DNA of 64,000 nt from Raja brachyura (lineage: Eukaryota): contig OY740799.1 in NCBI GenBank assembly GCA_963514005.1, forward strand, positions 17,112,001 to 17,176,000, written 5' to 3'. Below are positions 28,101 through 40,179 of this stretch, piece by piece. How positions within the stretch are numbered: the first letter of the stretch is position 1; every line of letters starts with the position of its first letter. Below the pieces are notes generated by a model. It was not told the origin of the DNA. It made no database searches and saw nothing but the letters and a program-made list of their open reading frames with translations. Made by a program: the position numbers and the translations under genes.

Positions 28101-28644
28101 TTAACACTTCAAATATTGAAGCAAGCTGAGATTTAACAGACCAGCAAAGACAAGCAGACATAATTCAGTAAAGGCAGCAACAGAATTCTTCAACACTAAT
28201 ATAACAGATTAGAATTTAAAATGGATCAACTCATAGATAATTAAGAGCATTTAGATCATCCCTCTAAAGCAAACTACATTCCTCGCCATCTCATTTTCTA
28301 ATTGGGCCTCGAGTTATTCCAGAAACCTTGGGCCAAATTTCCTATCTACAACCCAATGTATGTGAAGTAATAGACCATGTCCTCTTACCTTGCAGACATC
28401 ATTTCATTTTAGGTTCACAATTAACCTTTGCTATTACACCCATTCAAATTTGTATATACTCTGGAAGGATCCTTTACAAAAGCCCTCAACATTTGTCAAT
28501 ACTGATCCTTTATTTGCCTGTCAAGGAAACGTTCTCATTCCCTGCCGCTTTTAGAAATATCCTCCTACACCAGCCGTCTCAATCCTGTTGTATAATAGAG
28601 GGGACATGGAACTTTTCTGTCCCCACTTAATCTCTTTGAAGCTC

Positions 28645-29240
28645 ATTGGCCTTCATCAGTCAGAGTATTGAGTATAGAAGTCGGGAGGTCATGTTGCAGT
28701 TGCATAAGATGTTGGTGAGGCCACATTTAGAGTATTGAGTTCATTTCTGGGCACCATGTTATGGGAAATATGTTATCAAGCTGGGAAGGGTACAGAGAAG
28801 ATTTATGAGGATGTTGCTAGGACTAGAGTGTCTGTGCTAGAGGGAGAGGTTGAGTAGGCTGGGACACTATTCCTTGGAGCACAGGACGATTAGGGGGGAT
28901 CTTATAGAGGTGTGTAAAATCATGAGAGGAATAGATGCACAGAGTCTCTTGTCCAGAGTAGGTGAATCGAGGACCAGAGGACATAGATTTAAGGAAAAGA
29001 TGTAATAGGAATCTGAGGTTAGCATTTTCACACAAAGGGTGGTGGGTATATGGAACCAGCTGCCAGAGGATGTAGTTGAGGCAGAAACTATCCCAATTAG
29101 ATAGGTACATGTATAGGACAGTTTGGAGGGATATGGCCCAAATGCGGGCAGGTGAGACCAGTGTTGGTCGGACACGTCGACCGGTGTGGGCAAGTTGGAC
29201 CGAAGGGGATGTTTCCACACTGTATCACTCTAGGACTTCT
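28645..29240 (+). mobile_element. CR1 LINE 3' fragment
   Basis: ttggtgaggccacatttagagtatt... through the 3'UTR ending ctgtatcactctag. Confidence 0.85.
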
Positions 29241-30834
29241 GGATTCTGTTGTGCTGCAGCAAGTAAGAATTTCATTGTCCCGTCCGGGACATATGACAAT
29301 ACAACACTCTTGGCTTTCTTGACTCTGAGACTCTAGGACTATGGCTTTAGGACTATGCCAATTCAGCCCCTTTTTTAGGGGGATCCCCTATTTATTTCGG
29401 CTCCCTACCTATTTCTTTTTTCACTAAAGGATTGTTTTTAATTAGGGAGTCCACCCTTTGTTGACAGTCCTTTATACCTCCCAGGAAGCCTCTTTTCAGC
29501 TTCCCTAGGTTTGGCAACAAGCCAGATCAAGCAAATAACAGGTCTGGAAGGCAACTGACAACCAGGTCCTGATATGGAATGGTGTATTAATTGTTGTTTT
29601 AATACCAATCTGGTAATCATTTGCTTTGGATACTTTACTCCCAGGCTAAACAATACTCTGTAAACAGTCTCTGAGTTAAAGTTGACTATCTACACTAATT
29701 GCCCAAAGCTCCATCCTTTAAGGTCTCTTTAATTAAAGGTGCCTGAAGTCAAGTTTCGCCAAACTCTAAATTAGTTTTGAAGATGGTTCTGGGAAGATTA
29801 GATTTGTAGACAAGCCAGACAGTTACAACAAGTGAAGAACTTTAGACACAGTTTTGCCAGAAGTAAAGAATTAATTAAGAGTAAAATTGAAAGATTAATA
29901 ATTATATCAGCAGAAGTTAAACATAGTAAAAACAGAAAATGCTCAAATGTTCAGCCAGTCAAGCAGTGTCTATGGAGGAAGAAACAGTCAAAATTTCAGG
30001 TCGACAACTTTTCATCAAAGCTAGAAAAAGATAGAAATCAGACATGGTTTAAGATGCAGCAAAAGGGGAGAGGAGGTCAGAACAAAGGGAACATCTATGA
30101 AGGTGAAGAAAGATTGATATAATTAGCAATGATGCTGACTGAGAGGGTGGTCATGGTTTGTTAACTGTAAATGATCTTTCTCGATAAGACGTATATAACA
30201 GGAGATGAATGAAAACAGAACAGAGAATAAAATAAACTGTGGAACGTTGAGATACAAAATATTACAGCTGCTGGAAATCTGAAATAAGAGAATTGAAATA
30301 CTCGACAGATTAGGCAACATCTGCGAAGAGAGAAAAACAAAGGGCTAATGATTTTTCACCCGACCTGGCTACTTCAATACAAATGAAAAAGGATGGTTAT
30401 CTGAAATTGATGAATTAAGTGTGCAGTCCTGAGGGCCAAATTTTGTCCCATGGCAGAGTGGGAATGAAATAGAGAATTAAAGTGAAAAGTGACTGGTCAC
30501 CTTATGGAGATAATATAAATCTTCTGCAAAGCTGTCAATTAATCTGCATTTTCTCCAATCTACAGGAGACAACATTGTGATTGTCTAAGGTACTACTCTA
30601 AATTGAAAACAGTGCAAATGGAATAGATTTTGCAACTGGAAGGAGTATTTGGCTTACTGTTGGGCTTAAAGAGAAAAAATAAAAGGGCACTAGCATGGGA
30701 TGGTTCTACAAGAAAGGAAGTGATTGATAGAAATTGGAGAGTATCCAGAGGTTTGTAGAAGGAACATTTACTTCTGAATGCTTTAAGGAGAGGGGAGAAA
30801 AAAAATGCATCTGACAATGGCATTCTATTGAAGA

Positions 30835-31575
30835 TCGTCAAGTCAACTTTATTTGTCACATACACGTACAAGATGTGCAGTGAAATGAAAGTGGCAATGT
30901 CTGCGGATTGTGCAAAAAGCAACAGAACAGAATAGAACTGAACCAGTATTTACATTTTAGAAAAAAAGACACAACACAACAGTAAATGAGTCCCTGGTGA
31001 GATAAGAGTTTACAGTCCTGATGGCCTGTGGGAAGAAACTCCGTCTCATCCTCTCTGTTTTCACAGCGTGACAGCAGAGGCGCTTGCCTGACCGTAGCAG
31101 CTGGTCCATTGCTGGGATGGTTGGGGTCCCTTATAATGTTGCTGGCTCTGGATCTGCACCTCCTGGTGTATAGGTCCTGCAGGGGGGCGAGTGTAGTTCC
31201 GAACTCACAACTCTCCGCAGAGCCTTCCTGTTCTGGGCAGAGCTGTTCCCAAACCAGATTGAGATGTTGCCGGACAAGATGCTTTCTACAGCCCCAGAGT
31301 AGAAGCACTGAAGGATCCTCAGAGAGACTCTGAATTTCCTCAGCTGCCTGAGGTGGTAAAGGCGCTGCTTTACTCACCAGTGCGGCAGTGTGCGTTGTCC
31401 ATGTCAGACCCTCTGTGATGTGAACTCCCAGGTATTTAAAGCTGCTCACCCTATCCACAGTAGTCCCATTTGTCTCCAGTGGCATGTACGTCCTCGGAAT
31501 TTGAGCCTTTCTAAAGTCCACAATCAGCTCCTTAGTTTTTGTGACATTCAAGAGGAGGCTGTTGTCCTGACACCT
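30835..31575 (-). mobile_element. Rex1/Babar-like LINE 3' portion
   Basis: NVTKTKELIVDFRK...SFKYLGVHITEGLTWTTHT; 3' tail with aataaa. Confidence 0.88.
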
Positions 31576-32847
31576 TATGTAGATATTGCAGGGAATGATC
31601 CCTTGAACATGGAAGATGGAAGGGAGGACAAAAGGAAACTTTTCTGGGAGGAGCGAGGGCGAGGGCAGAAGTATGGGTAAGGGAACAGTAGGTGGAGGGA
31701 AATTGTGTTTTATGGAGAAAGGAAGGCATGGAAAGCATCACCATCGGAACAGATACAACAGTAGAACAGTAGAAACTGGGAAAATGGAATGTACTCTATA
31801 CAGGAAATAGGTTTAGAGGAGGTATAATCATAGATAGTTGTGTGAGACTGTAGGCTTGTATAGGATACTGGTCAACAATCTATCCCCTGAATTGGGAAAT
31901 TGAGAAAAGTAAGGGAAATCAATGATGGATCATGTGAAAGCAAGACCTGGGTGGAAACTATCAGCAAAATGAAGGTGATAGCTATCAGCAAAATGAAAAT
32001 GAATTCTCATTGAAGTGGGGTATAAGTGATAAAGTTGAAGCTTTAGCTAAAGACTGGTCATTCAAGATCAGAGGAGAAATATCAGAAGGGATAGTGAAAA
32101 CATGATAATGAACAAGATGAGGGAGAGAGATGAGAAAGTGGTGGAAGATCCAGAGGCAGAATGGAATTCTATAATTGTTAACAATTTGCAATCTATGATG
32201 CCTTTGATAAAGGAAGGAAAGAAGTCTTCTGAATTATGCCACAGCTACTGGATAATAGCACAACAGGGGTATAGTAAAATGCAGAAAAATTATATTATAA
32301 TGATGTTAATTACATAAACATATAATTAATGAAAGTTAACTATAGACTTAACACAGATGTTCTATGAGGGGTGTATTTCCTAGAGAAAGATATAATAATC
32401 CACTAGTGTAGGGGTCCAACCTAGTGAGGTAGGGTTGTTCGTATTGTCACGAAAAATGAAAATATGAACATAAATGTTTAAATAGATATGTTAAATCAGA
32501 CTGTATTCCTTTCACGAATCTGCACTATTACACCATAATTAGAACAAATTATTTAACACCAAGATGTTAACTTATCACCTCTAATTTAAAATCTGCTTAT
32601 TTATAATTTCTGGCTTAATAACTATTATAATCCTGTCAATCACACAACCCACCTTTGTGTGCTCAAGATTAGGTGTCTCATCAAATCTCCCAAAAGCCAG
32701 AACACTAAATGCATTATCAGAGACTGTTCTCTTCCTGACTTCCATGTTGGCTCAACCCCTACAAAAAACAGACATTCCACTGAAACAGAGCCATGTTTTG
32801 AACTCCACGTCTTGCCCTTCCCTTCTCTAATTTGATATAATTCCTTA

Positions 32848-33365
32848 AGGGACTTCCCACTGCGGCAACCTAATTGGCGAGTTTAGAAGAGTTTGGCCTC
32901 GACACATACTCGCAGCATGGTCGACACGAGGTCCTAGGAGGTCTTTGTAACTCTCCTTCATGCTCGAGAGTAGTCCCTGTGTACTCGGGGCCTCAGCTAG
33001 GTCGCTGCGTATTTTTCAACATGCTGATATTTTTTTACTTGTAGGTTTAGTCGAAGTAGGTTGTAGTAGGTCGGCATGTTATTCGTAGGTAATCGAGGGT
33101 AGTCAAAGGTAATCGAAGGTAGCCATAGATAGTCTTCAATATAGTCGAAGGGAGGTCGAAGGAGATCGAAGGAAGTAGTCTTCACTCTCCACTATTTGGT
33201 GTCCACTTTTCCCGTAGCTAGTCGAAGCTAGTCTTCAACATAGTCGAAGGAGGTCGAAGGTGGTCTTCTACATAGTCGAAGGAGGTCTTCAAACATGACA
33301 CTTTTTCAAACCCTCCTAAACTCTTCTAAACTCGCCAATTAGGTCGCCGCAGTGGGACAGCCCCT
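32848..33365. mobile_element. Non-autonomous DNA transposon (PIF/Harbinger-like MITE)
   Basis: ~47-bp TIRs (aggg..tcccactgcggc(a/g)acctaattggcgagtttagaagagttt), TTA flanks at 32845-32847 and 33366-33368, internal tagtcgaagg repeats. Confidence 0.82.
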
Positions 33366-34425
33366 TTATCCTCAACAGTAAGTGCTTCACGCCCGTCCTT
33401 ACCCCACCTCTGTGCAATGCAGTCCCCTCGTACTGGCTCCTTGTGCATGAGATCTCAATCTATCTCAATTTGTTCCTGCACTCTAGAATTCCCCCAGTTC
33501 TCCAAAAGTCTTTATAAAGTTTTCCACTCCTGCATTTTCTCCCTCCAATAGCCTAATCTGTATTTTCTCCTCAAGTTAGTGCCACAGACATGGTCTCAAA
33601 ATCTCGTCAAAATGCTCAAGGTTCCACGGGTGAATTAAGGATGTTGCAACAGCCCTGCTGCAAAATGAAGGTCCGACTCTAGGCAGAAAATGTTATTCTT
33701 TCCACAAATCCTCACACTCTCACACGTCTTCACCCAGTGCTAAGTATTTCTAGCATCTCCTGTTTAAATCTCTGGATATCCATCAGTTTCAGTACTTTGA
33801 TATCAGAGACTTATTGTCAATTGTTACGTTAGTAAGACTTGGTTATTCTACATTTGCTGTCAGAACTATGAGTCTCAATCTCTTCTACATTTCTATATCT
33901 ATACAGAGAATCTATTTGGCATATTTGCGGCAAATGGCAAATGCCGAGCACTAACTTGTCCACAATACTGGGTCAAATTTTGATCCACCTCCAACACAAG
34001 ATAATGTGCTGCAAGCACTGGTGGGAAATCACTCCAAACTAGCCAGAAATGGAAGACCTCTCAAAACAAGACTTGTTAATGTGCAGGACAATTCCTTAAA
34101 TAAATGACAATTCATTCACAGTTTCGTTCAATCCAATAATGATTTGCAAGGCACTGTTCTCTTCCAGTTGGTGTCACTAGTTTATTAAGGAAAAAAACAA
34201 AATGTATTGATTACCCTGTAGTGTATTGGATGGTACATGCCACCTTTGCTGCCATCCTGATGAGGATCAGGTCTCTTCCTTCAACTGCAGATGAATGAGA
34301 TGTGGCCATTTCACTGGGGGTTGACCGAGGGTGGCAAGGATGAGCAGATTAACTATAATTGGCATTGTCTTTCTGTTTTATAACTTTCTACCCCCCCCCC
34401 CCCCACCCACCTCTCACCAACTTAC

Positions 34426-34560
34426 CTGACAAGGCACCCCTTTCAGTTTGTGGACTTCCTCCTTGAATTGCCTGAGCTGTAACTCCAGCTGGCTGCGCTC
34501 CTCTTGGCTGTTCCTGTATCTTTCCTCGAGTGCTCTCAAATCAGTGATTAATCCTTCGCA
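34426..34560 (-). CDS. CCDC136: CCDC136-like exon (CEGLITDLRALEERYRNSQEERSQLELQLRQFKEEVHKLKGVPCQ)
   Basis: 135 nt, tgtgtgcccag| ... CAG|gtaagt, phase 0/0; coiled coil. Confidence 0.88.
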
Positions 34561-36190
34561 CTGGGCACACAACAGAAAGAATCACTTGTTAGCAAAGCAC
34601 GACTTGTTGACACAGTATCAGACATGTGTGAGAGGCACTGGATTCTGCATAAGATAATAGAGAAACCCATCCTTGTACAAATGCACTGAACAGGTGAGAC
34701 TATGAATGGCCTGTCTGGAGTTGAGGCTCTCCACCTAACCTCTGGGGCTTTGAGTCTTGGGACTAAGTTTATACCTCCAGTACAGTGGAAATGCGCAGTG
34801 TCAGTGCAGCTCTGAAAAGGATACAACAGCTTTTCAAATGTGGTGAGAAGGAAAAAGAAAAGAACCAGTACAGTAATGATGTATTGATATAATTGAACCT
34901 CATCACGCAGACAATTTACACACCCCACAAACCTTCCACTCAAACCAATTTGACCATCGGTCTCATTTTGAAAGACCCATTGCCCTCTCCGGCTCTGCAC
35001 AATGACCTAACTCTTATACACAGACTTAACTTCTCATCTCTACGCAAATACAATACACAGACTCATTCCACGCACAGGTGCTTGACATATGTAGACCCAC
35101 TCCTCTCACAGGGATTGTAAAAAGCAGCCAACAGCAAGAGGCAGTCAGACAGCCTTTAACAAAGAAACATTCCCATTGTACTTCATTCGGGAGCAAGATA
35201 AAATGAGCAGTGAGCTAACAAAGAAAGGAAAGATTTCTAGGAATCATAAACTTTATAAATGAAAATATTACAGAGGGACACAGGTGGAAAAACAAAGTAC
35301 AGAGTCTGAGGATCAAAGATGGAAAAAAGCTAGGCAACAAGATGGATATACAAAGAATTGAATCCATGGAGAGATTTAAACAGGGTGAGAATGTTTTGGT
35401 TGAGACAATTCTATGACTATGTAGCCTTGATGTGGGTTATCATTTATGGAGCCATGTTTTAAATGAGATGAAATGCAGACAAAGCAAAAATAAGGAAGAG
35501 CTCTAGAATAGGTAGATCAGGAGGTGACAAAGCCATTAAAGAGCATTCCTGTACCAGATGTCCTGAGGCATATTATTGGAGATAATAACAGTGGTCGATA
35601 TAGAGTATACGTCCCAATGTTTAGTTGGAAGAAACTGCAATTCTTGGGGTACGGTGGAAGGAGGTGGAGGATTGCAATTAAAAGGGGTCCAAAGAAGTGA
35701 CTGGAGATGGCTTTACTGGCAACCATGAGTGAAATAGTAGAAATGTAAAGGGATTTGATGACAGGGGGCATGGAATTGAATTAATGAAAATGAATTGTTC
35801 AAAACCAGTGAAGAAAGACTGGATGATAACTTCGTGAAGTATTCAGTTGAGACTGGTAGATGGATGAGAGCAAAAAAATATTTTAAAGAATGAAAGAAGA
35901 TGCAAAGCCAAAAAGAGGAAGTGACAGAATTAAGGGGGAAAAAACAAAGTGTGTATGAGTGTGCAAAGAGCTTACAAGGGCCACACATCTTCACAATGGG
36001 GATCTCACTAGGACTAGTAACAGAAAGTCTAGTATGTGTGAAGGCTTCCATTAGGGCGTGTCAGTCAGAACAAATTATCCAATTCTACTGCTCTCCACTT
36101 ATTTAAAAGAAAAAAGAGTTTCTCAAAGCCCACTATTTTGCTCTGTACTAGATAACTACTAGTTGTTTCTGAGCCCTGTGTCGCCATTAC

Positions 36191-36629
36191 CTCATGCTGC
36201 ACTGTCAGTGCTTTCTCTTCTGCCTTTAGCAGTCGATGTTTTAAATCTAATTCTTCAAACTGTCCTTTCTCTTCTGCCCTCTGGAGTGCTCTAGGAATGA
36301 GCTCGGGGCTTTTTATCTTCTGGGCAGATGTGGTACCATCACCCGTGCTTCCATCCTCAAGTCCTCTAACCTGCCGCCCATCTTCAAGCTGCTCTCTTGC
36401 AGAAGCTCGGCCGCTTGCAGCTATTTTATCAGCCGACTTCTCCTGGCATTTCCTCAGCTCCTCCTTCTGAGGGAGCTTCAGTTCCTCCTGGCATTTTAGT
36501 CCTGTCTCTTTGAGTTCGTGGCCATTTAGTTTTCTGGATTGTTTCTCAGACAATATCTCAGCCTTTGCACCCTGCTGCTGACAATGGCTTTCAGACCCTG
36601 GAGTGTCCACTTTAAATCCGTCAACTGAT
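36191..36629 (-). CDS. CCDC136: CCDC136-like exon (SVDGFKVDTPGSES...LDLKHRLLKAEEKALTVQHE)
   Basis: 439 nt, ttttccttttag| ... GAG|gtaatg, phase 2/0; the end resembles SLMAP DLKTLLSKAENQAKDVQKE. Confidence 0.85.
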
Positions 36630-36657
36630 CTAAAAGGAAAACAGGAAATATGTGCTT

Positions 36658-36876
36658 AAGAAGGAACTGCAGAAGCTGGAAAATCGAAGGTAGACAAAAG
36701 TGCTGGAGAAACTCAGCGGGTGAGGCAGCATCTAGGGAGCGAAGGAAATAGGCAACATTTCGGGCCGAAACCCTTCTTCAGTCTGAAGAGGGATTTTGGC
36801 CTGAAATGTCGCCTATTTCCTTCGCTCCATAGATGCTGCCTCACCCACTGAGTTTCTCCAGCACTTTTGTCTAGCT
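36658..36876. mobile_element. Palindromic element (probably Penelope-like-derived) with 15-bp target-site duplication
   Basis: ~90-bp inverted arms 36691-36873 centred near 36782; aggaaatatgtgctt at 36643-36657 and 36877-36891. Confidence 0.8.
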
Positions 36877-36999
36877 AGGAAATATGTGCTTCTCTTTGAC
36901 TTTAAAATCAAACAAGTCCTTTAAAAATAGTCAATTTCCCAAATTGACTGTGAATCTTTGAAGCCTTCAACACAATGGCTAATTGGGCATGAATGCTCC

Positions 37000-37670
37000 C
37001 ATGGCACTGTCCCATCAAAGGCTCACAGCCAGGGTACTGTACAAGATGGATACAGAGTAAAGCTCCTCTACACTGTCCCATCAAACATCCACCATTCAGG
37101 AAATTAGAAACATAGCCAAGTTAATACGCCAGGGCGGATAGAACATAAACTAGATAGAGAATAAAGTTGAGATGCAATGAACTGCAGATGCTGGAATCTT
37201 GAGGAAAACAAAGTGCTGGAGTAACTCAACGGGTCAGGCAACATTTGTAGAGGGAACGGATAGGCAACATTTCAGGTCTGGACCCCTCTTCAGACGCCAC
37301 CTGATCCACTGACTTATTCCATCATTCTGTATTTTGCTGGAGAATAATGTTCCCTCCACAATGTTCCATCGAACACTCGAAGGCGAGGTGCAGCACAGAG
37401 TAAATGCAGACTAAAATCCCCTCTATACTATGTCATCAAACACAGTAAACCCAATAAATGACAGGTAAAAATCCCACTATACCATCCCATCAAACACTGA
37501 GTGCAGATGCAGCACATTTGGATACAGTGTAAAACTCCCCCACACTGCCCCATCTAACACTCCCAGTAGAGATAGAACACACGTGAGTCAGAGTGAAAGT
37601 TCCTTTATACAACCCCAGTAAACATTTCCAAAGTTAGAAACAGAGTAAATCATCCTGCAAACAGTGAGAT
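37000..37670. repeat. Degenerate ~65-nt shark-type satellite (cagagtaaagctccctctacactgtcccatcaaacactcc...) interrupted by a palindromic element (~37170-37340)
   Basis: About 7-8 recurrences of cagagtaaa..ccc.ctacactgtcccatcaaacac. Confidence 0.7.
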
Positions 37671-38727
37671 TATAGGATGCTTTACAAAGTTTCTAATTCA
37701 GCGAGTGTATCAGTGACTGAGTATGTGTGCATAAGACTATGTATAAGAAAGTGCAAGTGAGTGGCTGTAAAATTCAGCTCCATGTTTCCTGTTGTTGCAG
37801 TTGCAAATTGATTCCAGCATGGTGAACTAAATGAAGCGAGTATATTTGTTGCATACACTGCACCAAGAGACATGTTGGTAAGGACATTAGTGCTGGTGAT
37901 GATAATGCCCACTGGCAGTATACAGTGTTGGCAGTTGACAATATCAATCAGTATGCAACACTGATTTGACACCAGCTCTGCTAAATCAGAGTTCAATGCT
38001 TCAGTTCTCTTCATCTTGGATAGCTGAATGTGCACTCAGCAGCAGAAAGCTACCCCCACCCGCATTAATAGTAGGAATCATCAACAATGTGTTTGGCACA
38101 GTCGAGTTGGGCCAAACGGCCAGTTTCCACATGTGGATCAATGACTAAAACTTGCAGGTTAATGATCTATTGATTTCCAGTGGTCATTATAATTCGAAAT
38201 GTCTCATAAAGTCTAGAAGGAGCGGTTTGCCAGTGGCTGAATAACATTCACCTGATGTCAAGGCTTCTGGGCAAATCTGTTGCTCCCAGTCATGGGTACA
38301 TGGAGATTCACCTTGGGGATAATCAAGAGAATAAGCAGAGGGTACTCAGAGCAGAACAGAAGTGGGACAACAGAAGAGGAATAGGGGCATAGGCATTCGG
38401 CAAGAGACTACAATAATCCAGAGTTTTCAGGGAACAATTCTCCCACCTGAATTATTGCGAGGAACCATGCATGAGAAGGAGGCACAGTAAGGATGTCCTT
38501 ATTGAAATATATCTTGTTCCAATTGTAACCTCAGAGCCTAGTGAGGATTGCTTTTCCACTGGCTGTCAAGGTGATTGTGGTCATGAACTTTTATGCTTTG
38601 GGCTGCTTCCAGGCTGGAGATATTTAAAACATCATGAAATGTGATCCATACTTTTCCAAGTGGACTGAGTATCTGTTTTTCTCTCTCAACAGAAAGTTAC
38701 AACCGGAATGGAGTTATGAAGATTATA

Positions 38728-38918
38728 GACCTTTGATAAAGTCCCACATAGGAGATTAGTTGGCAAAATCAGAGCACATGATATTGGGGGTAGGGTACTG
38801 ACATGGATAGAAAAATTGGTTGGCAGACAGGAAACAAAGAATAGGGATTAACGGGTCCCTTTCAGAACGGCAGGCAGTGACTAGTGGGGTACCGCAAGGC
38901 TCGGTGCTGGGACCGCAC
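38728..38918 (+). mobile_element. Short internal CR1 RT fragment
   Basis: Near-identical to 425-610 (FDKVPHRRLVGKIRAH...GVPQGSVLGP). Confidence 0.85.
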
Positions 38919-40061
38919 ATTTTCAGCTCAAGTAGCAGTGGTCAGGGTTGTTTGGCTGATACTTAACTTCATGGGCACTGGCAGAGTGAGATCAGCCTGG
39001 TAGTGGACATGCTATTCCTGCTGCATGGAGCAACTGCTACCATCCCTGTCAGCGAACCAGCAATCCTGCAACCTATTAGAGAATGGCTTGCTGTATTTCA
39101 CTGGCACCCCATCAGCCCATTTTAACACAATCATTTAACAACAATAATTGTAGCAATCTCAGGCCGTGAGACAGAAATCAACACTTCCAATACAGCAACA
39201 AGATATTGAGTGACCTCTGCTGACCTCATTCCCTCTTTTCTCTTCCTGTTCTCTGGTGCTGGGAAAATATGGAGCCCAACATCTCCTGTTACTGTCGCAA
39301 GGTTTAATGAGTGCCTTCACTGGCAAGCAGGTGTGACGATGGAAGCACCACTTCTTGGAGCTGCAATCCTCCTCATTTGTGGGGGTAGCAAGCTCATTTT
39401 GATCATTTCCGTTAGTTTAATCATGTTTACACTTATAAAATTGAGTCCCCTTTGAGTGTCTGGACAATTGACAGCACATCATGTTGTGGCTAGAGACTAA
39501 AACTATTATAATGAGCAGGCAGAATGAAAGTTGGTGAGCTGTTTGAAGAGAACCAAACCAAGCTGTTCATTATCCGGTCTCAAGAGCTAGAGATGGTATA
39601 TATATACCATATATACCATATATATATTTGTTTCATTGAGAATGTTTGAAGTGAGAGGCCATGCATGAATTTGAAGTAGCAGGAGTGAGCATGTGTGTGC
39701 AAGCAAGAGAGAGAAAATAAGTGAGTATATGTGGGAGCACATGAGTGTAAGCACATCATAGATTTAGTTATGAATGAATGCATCAACGAGTGTGCAAGAG
39801 GTTGTGTGTGAGTGTTAAGTGTGAGAGTGAATGTATAAGGTGACTAGGTATGTGAGTGAGGGTGGAAGTAAGCATGTGTGTGAGAGTATGAATAAGCATA
39901 ATGGTCAATTTGTGTTCAAGTGTATAAGTGTGTGTTTTTTATTAATAAAGGTGTGTGTGTTGTGTGAATGCACGTGAATACATGTTTGTTTATGTGTATA
40001 TGAGAGAGAGGGTGCAAGCCTTACATACCAAAGCATACATAACATAGTTAATTTGTCCTAC

Positions 40062-40179
40062 CTGCAATACTGCCGTTCCATTTGTTGCAGTCTTTCCCTC
40101 AGCTGTTTGTTATCATTCTGCAGAACTCGACATTCTTGAGCCAGATTTCGACACTCAACCTGCAGGCACTGTACTGCAC
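40062..40179 (-). CDS. CCDC136: CCDC136-like exon (GAVQCLQVECRNLAQECRVLQNDNKQLRERLQQMERQYCR)
   Basis: 118 nt, taacag| ... AG|gtagga, phase 1/2 bridges both neighbours; heptad pattern. Confidence 0.85.
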
